The position numbers and the translations under genes were made by a program. From Nitrospira sp. (lineage in GTDB: Bacteria; Nitrospirota; Nitrospiria; Nitrospirales; Nitrospiraceae), in contig AP038806.1 of assembly GCA_047150005.1 (NCBI GenBank), positions 480,001 through 544,000 of the forward strand: a stretch of 64,000 bases of DNA, written 5' to 3'. Of this stretch, positions 10,048 through 19,798 are shown piece after piece (position 1 is the first letter of the stretch; each line of letters opens with the position of its first letter). Under the pieces are notes generated by a model. It was not told the origin of the DNA and made no database searches. It worked only from the letters and a program-made list of their open reading frames with translations.

Positions 10048-11331
10048 TCACCCGACGCTGTATGACGCCGGAATCGTCTCCACCGATACATTGAGGTTGA
10101 CGAGTGAATTCGTATAGGCGAAGCCGTCTCCTGTCACCTCGAACAGCAAGCCGTCGTAGTGGAGATCATATTGCGTCCCGTCCGACCGCGCGGCGCTGGC
10201 GGTGAGGAAATAGGCGCCGGAGGCCAGCCACATCGACAGGTGAAAGGCCACCTGAAGCGCCTCGCCCGTCTTGACGGGCTCGACCGGAATCCCCCGCAGC
10301 AGGGTGTCGGTACCATACAGGTCCACACCGCGCCGGTCGCGAATGAGCATCCCAACAACCAGATCGTCAAGGTCCTCTCGCGCGAGGATCGTGAAGCGCA
10401 CGGTGTAGTCCGATCCGGACTCCAGTCTCCGCACCGGCCGGCCTTCCTGATCGCAGATCGCGAGGCCTGTGATCTCCGCCTTGCCGTTGCCGTAGCGCAT
10501 GCAGACGGGACCGGAACCGCGGGCCTGCTCCGACTCCGGATCGATCTGCTTCCCCCCATGGGAAGACGGTGCGTCGGGGTCCGCCTCATCCCCGCCGAAC
10601 AGCATCCGGTGATAGTACTTGGTCACGTACGACGGCTCGCCGTCGGCCGCCACCGTCCCGTTCTCGAGCACAATCGCCCGGTCGCACATCGACGTGATCG
10701 CATCGGCGCTGTGCGACACCAGGAGAATGGTCTTTCCGGCCTCTCGAAACGAGCGGAACTTGTCGCAGCATTTCTTCTGGAACCGGGCGTCCCCCACCGA
10801 CAAGGCTTCATCGACGATCAGGATGTCGGGATCGGCGCTCACGACCGTGCTGAACGTCAGCCGGGCCTGCATACCGGTCGAATAGGTCTTGAACGGCTGA
10901 TCGATGACCTCGCCCAGTTCGCTGAACGCGATGATGCCCTCGATCCGCGCATCGATCTCGTCGTTGGTGAGGCCCAGGCAGAGCCCTCCCATGTAGACAT
11001 TTTCGCGACCCGTATATTCAGGGTGAAACCCGGTGCCCAGTTCCAAGATCGACGTCACCTTGCCCTGCACCTCGACGTCGCCCCCTGTACGCTCCAGCGT
11101 CCCGGTCAGAATCTTCAGGAGCGTGCTCTTTCCCGCGCCGTTGCGCCCCATGATTCCCACCACCTCGCCGCGGCGCAGCTCGAAGCTCACGTCGCGGAGC
11201 GCCCAGCGTTCCTCGTGCCTCGGCCGCCTGGTGATCAGCTCGCGGAGCAGATCGGCCGGCCGCCGATAGATTTCGAACCGCTTCGACAGATGTCGCACCC
11301 GGATCGCGGGCGCCTCGGCCTCGACCGTCAT
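10048..11331 (-). CDS. wzt: Polysaccharide ABC exporter ATPase with C-terminal Wzt_C domain
   Basis: GRNGAGKST, YSTGMQARL, DEALSVGD; ~150-aa beta-rich C-terminal extension. Confidence 0.95.
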   Translation of the reverse strand: MTVEAEAPAIRVRHLSKRFEIYRRPADLLRELITRRPRHEERWALRDVSFELRRGEVVGIMGRNGAGKSTLLKILTGTLERTGGDVEVQGKVTSILELGTGFHPEYTGRENVYMGGLCLGLTNDEIDARIEGIIAFSELGEVIDQPFKTYSTGMQARLTFSTVVSADPDILIVDEALSVGDARFQKKCCDKFRSFREAGKTILLVSHSADAITSMCDRAIVLENGTVAADGEPSYVTKYYHRMLFGGDEADPDAPSSHGGKQIDPESEQARGSGPVCMRYGNGKAEITGLAICDQEGRPVRRLESGSDYTVRFTILAREDLDDLVVGMLIRDRRGVDLYGTDTLLRGIPVEPVKTGEALQVAFHLSMWLASGAYFLTASAARSDGTQYDLHYDGLLFEVTGDGFAYTNSLVNLNVSVETIPASYSVG

Positions 11332-12206
11332 AGCACCTCGCCGAACATGAGTTTGAGCTTCCGAAAGACCCGATGACCCAGGAACAGCGCGGCCGGACTC
11401 AAGACGAGCAGCAGCAGCCAGGAGCCAGGATGAGCCGGCCGCCCGTAGTACAGCGCGTCCTGGTAACACCAGACCAGGTGGCTGAACGGATTCAACGACA
11501 GCAGCACGGCGAACCCCGGCACAATTCGCTCGACCGCGTCTTCCGAGTACAGAATGGGCGCGAGAAAGATGCCGGCGCTCACAAAGACCTGAACGATCTC
11601 ACGCAAATCACGGACATAGGCCCCGACGGACGACAGCCCGTAGCTCACGCCGATCATCACCATCAGCTGAAGGAGAAAGAGAACCGGCAGCGAGGCTGCA
11701 AGAGCCGGCACATGCCGATCGACGATCGCCATATAGAGAAGAAGGATCAGCGTCGCGATGCCTTGCGGCAGTGCGGCGGCCAGCACCGACTTGACCGGGA
11801 GGATCTCGACCGGAAAGACCACCTGCTTGACCAGGCCCGCTTCGTTCACGATCGCCCCGGTCCCGCGCGACATGGCATCCGCAACGGTCATCCACGGAAT
11901 CAAGCCGGCCAGAATGTACGTGACCGCGCCGCCCTGACCGCCGCCGAAGGGCGTGCGGGACGGAAACACGAAGGTGAAGAGGAACAGATACAGTCCCATC
12001 AAGAGGATGGGATGGGCGACGGCCCACAACGTGCCCAGCGCTTGTCCCGCATAGCGGTCGCGCACCTCCCGCTTCGCCATCTGCCAGACCAGGCGGCGGC
12101 GGTCGATGAGCGTCTCGATCAGGCCGCCGGCCCCGCGCGGCGCACGCCGAACCGTCTGCGCGCGCGCCGAGCCGGCGATCGACAACGGCACACTCGTCCG
12201 CGCCAT
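11328..12206 (-). CDS. wzm: Polysaccharide ABC exporter permease
   Basis: RYAGQALG, LVKQVVFP, LNP motifs; about 6 TM segments; coupled to wzt. Confidence 0.93.
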   Translation of the reverse strand: MARTSVPLSIAGSARAQTVRRAPRGAGGLIETLIDRRRLVWQMAKREVRDRYAGQALGTLWAVAHPILLMGLYLFLFTFVFPSRTPFGGGQGGAVTYILAGLIPWMTVADAMSRGTGAIVNEAGLVKQVVFPVEILPVKSVLAAALPQGIATLILLLYMAIVDRHVPALAASLPVLFLLQLMVMIGVSYGLSSVGAYVRDLREIVQVFVSAGIFLAPILYSEDAVERIVPGFAVLLSLNPFSHLVWCYQDALYYGRPAHPGSWLLLLVLSPAALFLGHRVFRKLKLMFGEVL

Positions 12207-12255
12207 CAGTCAGCCCCCCGGCGGTCGAACAGGCGGTCGGCGGGAAAATGCAGGA

Positions 12256-14142
12256 TCATCGGCGCTCCGATTCCGAGCCGACCTGAGCGGCATAGGCCCG
12301 CCGATCCTCGTCCTGTCTCGACCGCTTCAACCGATAGGTCCGCCCGTTCTCCTTCGGATCGGAATCATCGGAGGCGCTGAAATACAGCTGTGCGCCCCAG
12401 ATCGAATACCGTCCATGCCCGTGTTTCCGAATGTCTTCATGGAGAGAAGCCTTGGGGCCGAGCCTGGTGTCGTCCTCCCAGAGTTCATACTGCTCATCAT
12501 CGATGCCCGGCGGCAAACTCACGATGGCGCAGCGGCCGATTTCTCTGTGAATGAACGTCAACGGCACCTCGTGACGGGCTTCCTCTTCGGCATGCGGGAC
12601 GACAGGCGGCGCCGGATCCTGCCCGCGCTTCTTCAAGCGATAGGCGCGCCCGTTCCGTCTGGCATCCGAATTGTCCGACGTGCTGAAATACAGCTTGCGT
12701 TCCCCGATGTAATAGGATCCCCCGCCGTATTCTCTGATTTCGTCATGCAACACCTGTCGGGGTCCGAGGAGCGTCTCGTTCTCCCATAATTCATAGCCTT
12801 CGGCGCCGACGCCGGGCGGCAGGACGGCAAGATGGCAATGGCCGGCTTCCTGCTGGATGAATTCGACCTTGACGGTGTGATGATCCGGCCAGACGAGCAT
12901 CTCCGGCGACTCCGCCCTCGCATCAGAGCCGTGGGACGCCCGGCGGCCGTCGTAGAGGTCGGGCACGTGGAAGCGGATGCAGTCTTCGCAATTGGGCAGC
13001 GGGAGCAATCCCGAGGCGTCCCGGCGGAGTGACGCCCGGATGCTGGTGTAGTTGCGGCCGAACCACGCGTCGGCAAAATCTGCCACCGACGTGGCGTATC
13101 CCAACACGACGTCCTGAGCCCGACAACAGGCGCTCATTTGGCCGTCGAGGCCGATCTCAACGTAATAGTTCGGCGCCACGCAAATGCGGAGCGGATCGGC
13201 TCGATACGCGTCGGGGCTGCGGGGAAACATCATCCGATGCTGGCCAATCGCGAGCAGCCGCTTGAGATTCCAGTGCAAGCGGGTCCGCGCCTTGTCCATC
13301 AGCACGCCTCCGCTGTTCAAAGGATTCCCGTCGAGACTGACCCTGATGACATTCCCCGCGCGCGTCAGCCACTCCCGGATCTCGCCGGCCGTCGCGTCCA
13401 GATCCTCCTGGCTCGGCGCCTCTTCGAAGGAATTCTGAATGGGACTGTACCGGTGAAACGCCACCTCTTCGATGCCGTGATTCACCGACCACTGCACAAC
13501 TCGTAGCGCGTCGGCGGTCGTCCGTCGAGTCAGCGTGGGATAGACGCCGACCCGAAGCCGCCCTCGGTCCCGCCGGCGCAGGAACTTTACGAGCTGCGGC
13601 TCCGCTTTCACCCACTCGCCGCCCCGCCGCACCTCGTCGAACCGGGGCCCGACGGCGTCCAACGACAGCATGACCTTGCCCCGCTGGCGGAGCAGCACGT
13701 CGATGACCCGATCCGTGAACAGGGTCCCGTTGGTCTGCACCTTCACGTCGCAGCCGTAGATCCCGATCGTCCCGAGTACCGCCTCGATCTGCGGATGCAG
13801 GAGAGGATCGCCCTGGCTGTTTAATTCGACCTCCACCATGAATGGAAAGAGCGTTTCGGCCACGGCATAGAACACGTCCAGCGGCATGTGGCTGCGGATC
13901 ACGCCGGTCTCGTCGAGATATTTTTGGCTTCCGCAGATTTCACAGCGGAGGTTGCACTTGTTCGTCAGGGCGAGATTGCAGAAGACCGGGGGCGGCACGT
14001 CCCAGCCGCCCCGCGCAAGAAAGTAGGCGGACGCCGGATGCCGTCGCCAGAGCAGCGCCGCGACCTTGTCGCTATAGCCCTTCGCGATGAACCGGTTCAG
14101 CAGAACTTCGGTCGCCTCGTCAACCGTCTTGGCGAAACTCAT
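12256..14142 (-). CDS. Radical SAM protein with SPASM/twitch-like Cys cluster and two C-terminal copies of the recurring module
   Basis: CNLRCEIC (CxxxCxxC), GDPLLHP, QTNG; later C, CC and CxxC; ATGA overlap at 14139-14142. Confidence 0.88.
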   Translation of the reverse strand: MSFAKTVDEATEVLLNRFIAKGYSDKVAALLWRRHPASAYFLARGGWDVPPPVFCNLALTNKCNLRCEICGSQKYLDETGVIRSHMPLDVFYAVAETLFPFMVEVELNSQGDPLLHPQIEAVLGTIGIYGCDVKVQTNGTLFTDRVIDVLLRQRGKVMLSLDAVGPRFDEVRRGGEWVKAEPQLVKFLRRRDRGRLRVGVYPTLTRRTTADALRVVQWSVNHGIEEVAFHRYSPIQNSFEEAPSQEDLDATAGEIREWLTRAGNVIRVSLDGNPLNSGGVLMDKARTRLHWNLKRLLAIGQHRMMFPRSPDAYRADPLRICVAPNYYVEIGLDGQMSACCRAQDVVLGYATSVADFADAWFGRNYTSIRASLRRDASGLLPLPNCEDCIRFHVPDLYDGRRASHGSDARAESPEMLVWPDHHTVKVEFIQQEAGHCHLAVLPPGVGAEGYELWENETLLGPRQVLHDEIREYGGGSYYIGERKLYFSTSDNSDARRNGRAYRLKKRGQDPAPPVVPHAEEEARHEVPLTFIHREIGRCAIVSLPPGIDDEQYELWEDDTRLGPKASLHEDIRKHGHGRYSIWGAQLYFSASDDSDPKENGRTYRLKRSRQDEDRRAYAAQVGSESERR

Positions 14143-15275
14143 GACTCGGAGCCGCTCCCCGCGTCGAGATAGATCGAATACCGTCGGCCGTTCAGGTTGG
14201 GATTGCTCCGGTCGGTCGACGAAAACACGAGACGGTCGCCCCAATGGGAATACCGGCTTCCGCCGTAGGCCTCGATCTGGGCATGCGGCGCATGCGCAAA
14301 GCCCAGCGGCCGTCCGTCTTCGCACAGCATCAGCCGGGATCGTCGAGGCTCCTCGACCCTATCGGCTTCCGCACGATACTGCGGGAGATGCGCGACCCAG
14401 GCGTGCCCTGCTTGATGAGCGAACGGAGCCTGAAGGGCGACCTCCGTACGGCGCCCGGCGACGCGGTCCCAATAGTTGGCGGCGCCTTTCCTCCGGAACA
14501 GATATTCGCTGTTCGCTTCTCCAGCCGTGATGTTCAGAAGTTCCAGGCCGAGTTGATCCGCACAGAAGGCTTTCGTCTCCGCGATGCCCGCAAACTCCAT
14601 CGGCCAGCCGCCCAGCCAATCCTTCACGTCCGTCCAGTAAGACATGCCCCGCGACCGCCCGTATTCGCGGATGTGCGCGAACGGATTTCGGCCCGCCCGC
14701 AACTCGGGCAGAATGGTCGCCCGCAGCGCATAGCGCCATTCCATGTAACGGCGAGCCAGCGCCCCGGCGCGGTTGTACCGTTGTTTCAGCGACAGCCAAT
14801 ACTCCGGCGTGGGATCGATGAAGATGTCGGTCGTATACAGGGCGATACAGAAGACGGAGTCCGGCTTCATCAGCGAAGAGGCGTTGGCGACCGCTTCCCA
14901 CATGCTCCCCGTATGGTGCAGGACGCCCCAACTGTAGACGATGTCCGCCCGATCCAGCTTGTCCAGGAAGGAACGGTCGAGGACCGAGCCCTGCAAAATT
15001 TCCCAGTTGTCCGGCGATCCGGCCTGCTCGCTGACCATTCGACTGGTCTGCACCGAATCGGGATCGTAGTCGAATCCGATGACGCGGCTTGCGCCGGCCC
15101 GGTAGGCCGCCAGCGAATGGATGCCGCTTCCGCAGCCGACATCCAGGAAGGTCTTGCCTCGCAGATCGTCCAGCTTCAGGAAGTCGAGCAGGCACCGGCG
15201 GGCCGTCTCGATCCGCTCGTCCGTGACATGCCGACGCGCGAACTCCGACCAGTTCTTTCCGAATTCGTACCGCAT
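14139..15275 (-). CDS. Class I SAM methyltransferase with a C-terminal copy of the recurring module
   Basis: FGKNW, FLDVGCGSG, DIVYSWGVLHHTG, DWLGG motifs. Confidence 0.9.
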   Translation of the reverse strand: MRYEFGKNWSEFARRHVTDERIETARRCLLDFLKLDDLRGKTFLDVGCGSGIHSLAAYRAGASRVIGFDYDPDSVQTSRMVSEQAGSPDNWEILQGSVLDRSFLDKLDRADIVYSWGVLHHTGSMWEAVANASSLMKPDSVFCIALYTTDIFIDPTPEYWLSLKQRYNRAGALARRYMEWRYALRATILPELRAGRNPFAHIREYGRSRGMSYWTDVKDWLGGWPMEFAGIAETKAFCADQLGLELLNITAGEANSEYLFRRKGAANYWDRVAGRRTEVALQAPFAHQAGHAWVAHLPQYRAEADRVEEPRRSRLMLCEDGRPLGFAHAPHAQIEAYGGSRYSHWGDRLVFSSTDRSNPNLNGRRYSIYLDAGSGSES

Positions 15276-15288
15276 CTAGTAAGCCCCC

Positions 15289-16860
15289 TTGTCTGCCTTC
15301 CACGTTCACACAACGACCACAATCGATGTACTAGGGGTACCCCTAGCTCCGCCCGGTGAAGACTTCTTGCTACAACGTGCGCTGAGCGGTTCATCGCAGA
15401 CGCCGCTCGGGGTTCACCTTCATCGTCGGATCACTATGGGCAGCTATGCAGCGTGGGTGGCGGCGCAAGCGGGATCGCCGCCGGTTCCCCGGCTGAAACG
15501 CCTGGCCTGGACGCTCCAACGCCGCGCACCGTGGCTCCATGGACTGGCCCGCCGGTGGCACTACGGCTCCATTGAACCGTCGGTCCCCTCCCCGATGGCG
15601 GCGCTCCTCCGGCGTGTGCCGCCGAACGAGCGTCCCGCGCCCGATTTCGGCAAGCTGCGCGTGCTGCACTGCATCGGAGGATTGATTCCCGGAGGGGCCG
15701 AACGGCAGCTCTGCAACTTCGTCGTCGCCGCAAGCCGGCGGGGCCTCGAGCTCCGGGTGCTGACGCTGCGCGAATCCGTCGACGACGATGCGCACTATGC
15801 CGATCTGCTCCAGCGGGTCGGCATCCGGCCCTTTGTCGCCGGCGCCGACTTCAACGCCGATTTCATCCGCAAACTCAAAGCCAGGCCCGGCGCGCTGGAG
15901 TTGCTCAATCAGCTGCCGGTCTTCTTCCTCCCCTATACGGTCGACATTCTAGGAGAATTGCTGATCGATCCGCCCGATCTCGTTCATGCCTGGCTCGACC
16001 ATAACAATATCTGGGCTGGAGTGGCCGCGCTGCTCGCGGGGATCCCGCATATCGTGTTATCCACGCGCAACGTGAATCCGAATCACTTTCCGTATCTGGC
16101 CCATCCGCTCTTCAAGCCATGGTACCAATTCCTGGCTTCCTTCCCGCAGGTGCGCTTCATCAACAATTCGCATCCTGGTGCCGAGGACTATACGACCTGG
16201 CTGGGCGTGGAGGTCGATCGCTTCCGGGTGGTGCACAACGGCGTGGACTTCGACACGGTGGTACGCCCGAAGTCTGATGTAGTCCGGTCGTTTCGAGACG
16301 AGATCCGGCTGCCGTCCGACGCGCCGCTCGTGGCCGGCGTATTCCGGCTGAGCGAGGAGAAGCAACCGATGGTCTTCTTCGAAGTCGTGCGACGGGCGAT
16401 GAGCCGCGTCCGCAACCTCCACGCCGTGGTGGCCGGCGTGGGTCCCTGCGAAAGCGAATTGCGCGAGGTCGTCGCGCGGCACGGCCTCTCCGATCGATTC
16501 CGATTACTGGGCAGGAGAAAAGACGTGGAAGTCGTCATGGCCGCCGCCACGGCCGTGCTCCTGGCGTCGCGGCAGGAGGGCACGCCCAATGTCCTGCTGG
16601 AAGCGCAATGGCTCGGCTGTCCCGTCGTCGCTACGAAGGCCGGCGGCGCGGCGGATGCCGTCAGTCACGACCGGACCGGCTTGTTGTTGGAGGTGGGGGA
16701 TATCGACGGTTTGACCGACGCCCTGCTGTCGCTCGTGCTCGACCGGGCCAGGCGTGAACGACTGAGCGAGGCGGCGCCGACCTTCATCGCCGGACGCTTC
16801 GGTCTGGATCGCATGGTAGACGAAACGCTGACCGTCTACCGGCAGGCCCTGCAGCCGTGA
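15289..16860 (+). CDS. GT4 glycosyltransferase (start uncertain, possibly ATG 15436)
   Basis: GGAERQL, VHNGVD, FRLSEEK, EGTPNVLLEA motifs. Confidence 0.88.
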   Translation: MSAFHVHTTTTIDVLGVPLAPPGEDFLLQRALSGSSQTPLGVHLHRRITMGSYAAWVAAQAGSPPVPRLKRLAWTLQRRAPWLHGLARRWHYGSIEPSVPSPMAALLRRVPPNERPAPDFGKLRVLHCIGGLIPGGAERQLCNFVVAASRRGLELRVLTLRESVDDDAHYADLLQRVGIRPFVAGADFNADFIRKLKARPGALELLNQLPVFFLPYTVDILGELLIDPPDLVHAWLDHNNIWAGVAALLAGIPHIVLSTRNVNPNHFPYLAHPLFKPWYQFLASFPQVRFINNSHPGAEDYTTWLGVEVDRFRVVHNGVDFDTVVRPKSDVVRSFRDEIRLPSDAPLVAGVFRLSEEKQPMVFFEVVRRAMSRVRNLHAVVAGVGPCESELREVVARHGLSDRFRLLGRRKDVEVVMAAATAVLLASRQEGTPNVLLEAQWLGCPVVATKAGGAADAVSHDRTGLLLEVGDIDGLTDALLSLVLDRARRERLSEAAPTFIAGRFGLDRMVDETLTVYRQALQP

Positions 16861-16916
16861 CACCGGAGCCGGCCATCGGATGCCCGGCGCGTGGAACCCG
16901 GGGACTGACACTGTTC

Positions 16917-16962
16917 CACGCGTCTGCCTGCCCGCCGCATAGCTCCGGCGGGCGGGCGCGTG
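16917..16962. terminator. GC-rich hairpin between convergent genes (possible bidirectional terminator)
   Basis: CACGCGTCTGCCTGCC pairs with GGCGGGCGGGCGCGTG using G-U pairs; no U-tract. Confidence 0.35.
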
Positions 16963-16977
16963 ATGTCTGTCCCCCCA

Positions 16978-18117
16978 TCACTTCCGATAGAAGCTGCCGA
17001 TGCCTTCGACGACCTCGGCCTGCTGTTCGGCGGTGAGCTCGGGGTAGATCGGAATCGCGATCGTTTCCCTCGCGGCGCGCTCAGACTCGGGGAAGTCGCC
17101 TTCCTTATAGCCCAGATACCGGAAACACTCCTGCAGGTGGAACGGCACCGGATAGTAAATCTCCGCGCCGATGCCCTTCTGCTTGAGATGCGCAATCAGA
17201 TCGTCCCGGCGTTCGACCCGCAGCACGAACTGATTGTAAATGTGGTAATGGGGCTTGCCCGACGTCTGATAGACGGCCTCGGGCAGCGTGATGGTGCCGT
17301 GCTCCACAAGGCCGGTTTGCCGGAACAGCGTCTCGTAGCGCCGCGCGTTTTCCTGCCGACGCTTGGTCCATCCGTCGAGATGGTTGAGCTTGACGTTCAG
17401 CACGGCGGCTTGGATGGTATCGATGCGGAAGTTTCCCCCGATCAGCTTGTGATAGTACTTGGGCTTGCTGCCGTGGACCCGCAACACTCTGAGCCGCTCG
17501 GCCAAGTCCGCGTCGTTGGTCACGACCATTCCCGCGTCACCGAGGCAACCGAGGTTCTTGCTCGGGAAGAACGACAGACAGCCGACCGTCCCGATACTGC
17601 CGGCACGCCGGCCGTCTTTGTATTCCGTGCCGATCGCCTGCGCGGCGTCTTCGATCACCGCAAGCTTGCGCCGTGCCGCCAGATCCATGATGGGGGCCAT
17701 GTCGGCCGACTGCCCGTAGAGATGCACGGGAATGAACGCCTTGGTCTTGGCTGTCACCGCGCGCTCGATCTTGTCGGGATGGATATTGAACGAGCGGGGC
17801 TCGATATCGACGAATACCGGCTTCGCGCCGAGCCGCACGATGGCTCCGGCCGTGGCGAAGAAGGAATAGGGTGTGGTCACCACCTCGTCGCCCGGACCGA
17901 CGCCGAGCGCCATCAGGGAAATGAGCAGCGCATCGGTGCCCGACGACACGCCGACCGCGGCCTTGGCCTGACAATAGGACGCGACCCGCTCCTCCAGTTT
18001 GGCCACCTCCGGCCCCAGGATAAACGCCTGGCTGCGGACCACCTGCTCCAGCACCGCCAAGATCTCCTTCTGCAGCGGCGCATGATGCGCCGCAAGATCG
18101 AGTAATGGAACGCCCAT
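16978..18117 (-). CDS. DegT/DnrJ/EryC1/StrS aminotransferase (WbpE/GnnB-like)
   Basis: SSGTDAL, VHLYGQ, IEDAAQA, SFFPSKNLG motifs. Confidence 0.93.
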   Translation of the reverse strand: MGVPLLDLAAHHAPLQKEILAVLEQVVRSQAFILGPEVAKLEERVASYCQAKAAVGVSSGTDALLISLMALGVGPGDEVVTTPYSFFATAGAIVRLGAKPVFVDIEPRSFNIHPDKIERAVTAKTKAFIPVHLYGQSADMAPIMDLAARRKLAVIEDAAQAIGTEYKDGRRAGSIGTVGCLSFFPSKNLGCLGDAGMVVTNDADLAERLRVLRVHGSKPKYYHKLIGGNFRIDTIQAAVLNVKLNHLDGWTKRRQENARRYETLFRQTGLVEHGTITLPEAVYQTSGKPHYHIYNQFVLRVERRDDLIAHLKQKGIGAEIYYPVPFHLQECFRYLGYKEGDFPESERAARETIAIPIYPELTAEQQAEVVEGIGSFYRK

Positions 18118-19746
18118 TATGCCTTCCTTCCTGTTCGGTGAGCCTGCAGTCCCTTCGTCCCTTTGCACCCTTGCTGAATTTCTTCCCGCAGGTCCGGCAG
18201 ACGCCCTTGGAGCCCTTGAGCGCGAGCTTGACGCCGCAGGAACACATCCACCCCGTGACTCTCGCCGGGTTTCCCCTCACCAGCGCATGATCGGGCACGT
18301 CCTTGGTGACGACCGAGCCCGCGCCGATCAGGCGTAGCGGCCGATCGTGATGCCGCACAGAATGGTCGCGTTGGCCCCGATCGTGGCGCCCTGCTTGACC
18401 AGAGTCGAACGCAGCTCGTCCATCCGGGGAATTTCGCTGCGCGAGTTGAAGACGTTGGTGAAGACCATCGACGGGCCGCAGAACACGAAATCTTCCAACG
18501 TTACCCTTTCGTAGACCGAAACGTTGTTCTGGATCTTCACGCCGTTGCCGACCGTCACCTTGGGCCCCACGACCACATTCTGGCCGATCTTGCAGTTCTT
18601 GCCGATCCGGGATCCCTTGAGAACGTGGGAAAAATGCCAGATGCTCGTCCCCTCGCCGATGTCCGTCCCCTCGTCGATGCAGGCCGACTCGTGCGCGAAG
18701 AACGCCCGTTTCGGCGCGGAGGCCGCGGCCGGCTCCGGTTTGGTTTCGCGATGCGCTTCCTTTTCCAGGGCATCCTGGCAGCGCTGCAGCACCGAGAGGA
18801 CACGCAGCCCTTCCTCACCGTCGGTCCTGGGTTGGCGCCTGGCGGCGACGCAGTCGAGGAAATGCTCGCACTCCGTCCACAGCGGCTCGCTCGTCTCCAG
18901 TTCGACCGGACAGGCATCCGCCTTGTTCGCGACGGGCACCTGATTCTTCCAGTCGATCGAATGGGGATAGAGCGGGAGCCTATCCTTCTTTTCCATGTCG
19001 TCGAAGACCGCCATCTTGCGGTCGCCCACGATCACGAGCTTCTGCTCCTTGAAGGGATGCAGCCAGGACACGAAGATATGGGCCTTCACGCCGCTGGGAA
19101 AGGACAACATGCTGATCGTAACGTCCGCGATGTTTTGATGGAGGTAGTTACCCCTTTGCGCCCGGACGCTGTCGGGCATCTCGCCCAGCAATCCGAGGAT
19201 CACGGACAGGTCGTGCGGCGCGAAGGACCAGAGAATGTTTTCCTCGCGACGGATTTTCCCGAGGTTGAGCCGGTTCGAGTACACGTATTGGATGCGGCCG
19301 AGTTCGCCCGCACGGATCAACTCTTTCAGCTTCTGCACCGCCGGATGGTACCAGAGCAGATGCCCGACCATCAGGATGCGCTGTTTCGCCTTTGCCAGCT
19401 CCACCAATTCCCGTCCGGTGCGGACGTCGAGGCACAGCGGCTTCTCGACAAACACGTCCTTCCCGGCCAGCAGCGCCTCGCGGACAAGATCGCCAGGCGT
19501 TTCGGCCGGCGTGGCGATCGCGACGGCGCCGATGCTCCGGTCGCCGAGAATCTCCGAATAGGCGGTCACGACCTTGCGCGGCGCATAGTCGCGGCTCAGC
19601 GCGTCCAGCAACTCCCGGTTGCTGTTGCAGATCGCGTCCAGCGCGCCGACGGCATGGAAGTTCCGCACGAGATTCTTGCCCCAATAGCCGACCCCCACGA
19701 CAGCCACTTGCGGTGTTATGCCGGCGCGTGATGGTGCAATATTCAT
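18117..19746 (-). pseudogene. Gfo/Idh/MocA dehydrogenase + hexapeptide N-acetyltransferase fusion (WbpB-WbpD-like), with two frameshifts near the C-terminus
   Basis: VGVGYWG, VEKP, LbH repeats. Premature TGA after GRYA at 18328; IGAGSVVTKDVP...GNPA continues in another frame; 8-bp duplication at 18149-18163. Confidence 0.8.
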
Positions 19747-19798
19747 CCTCACTCCTGGGTTCGAACGATGTTGACGGCGTCGCTTCGTATGCCCGCGC

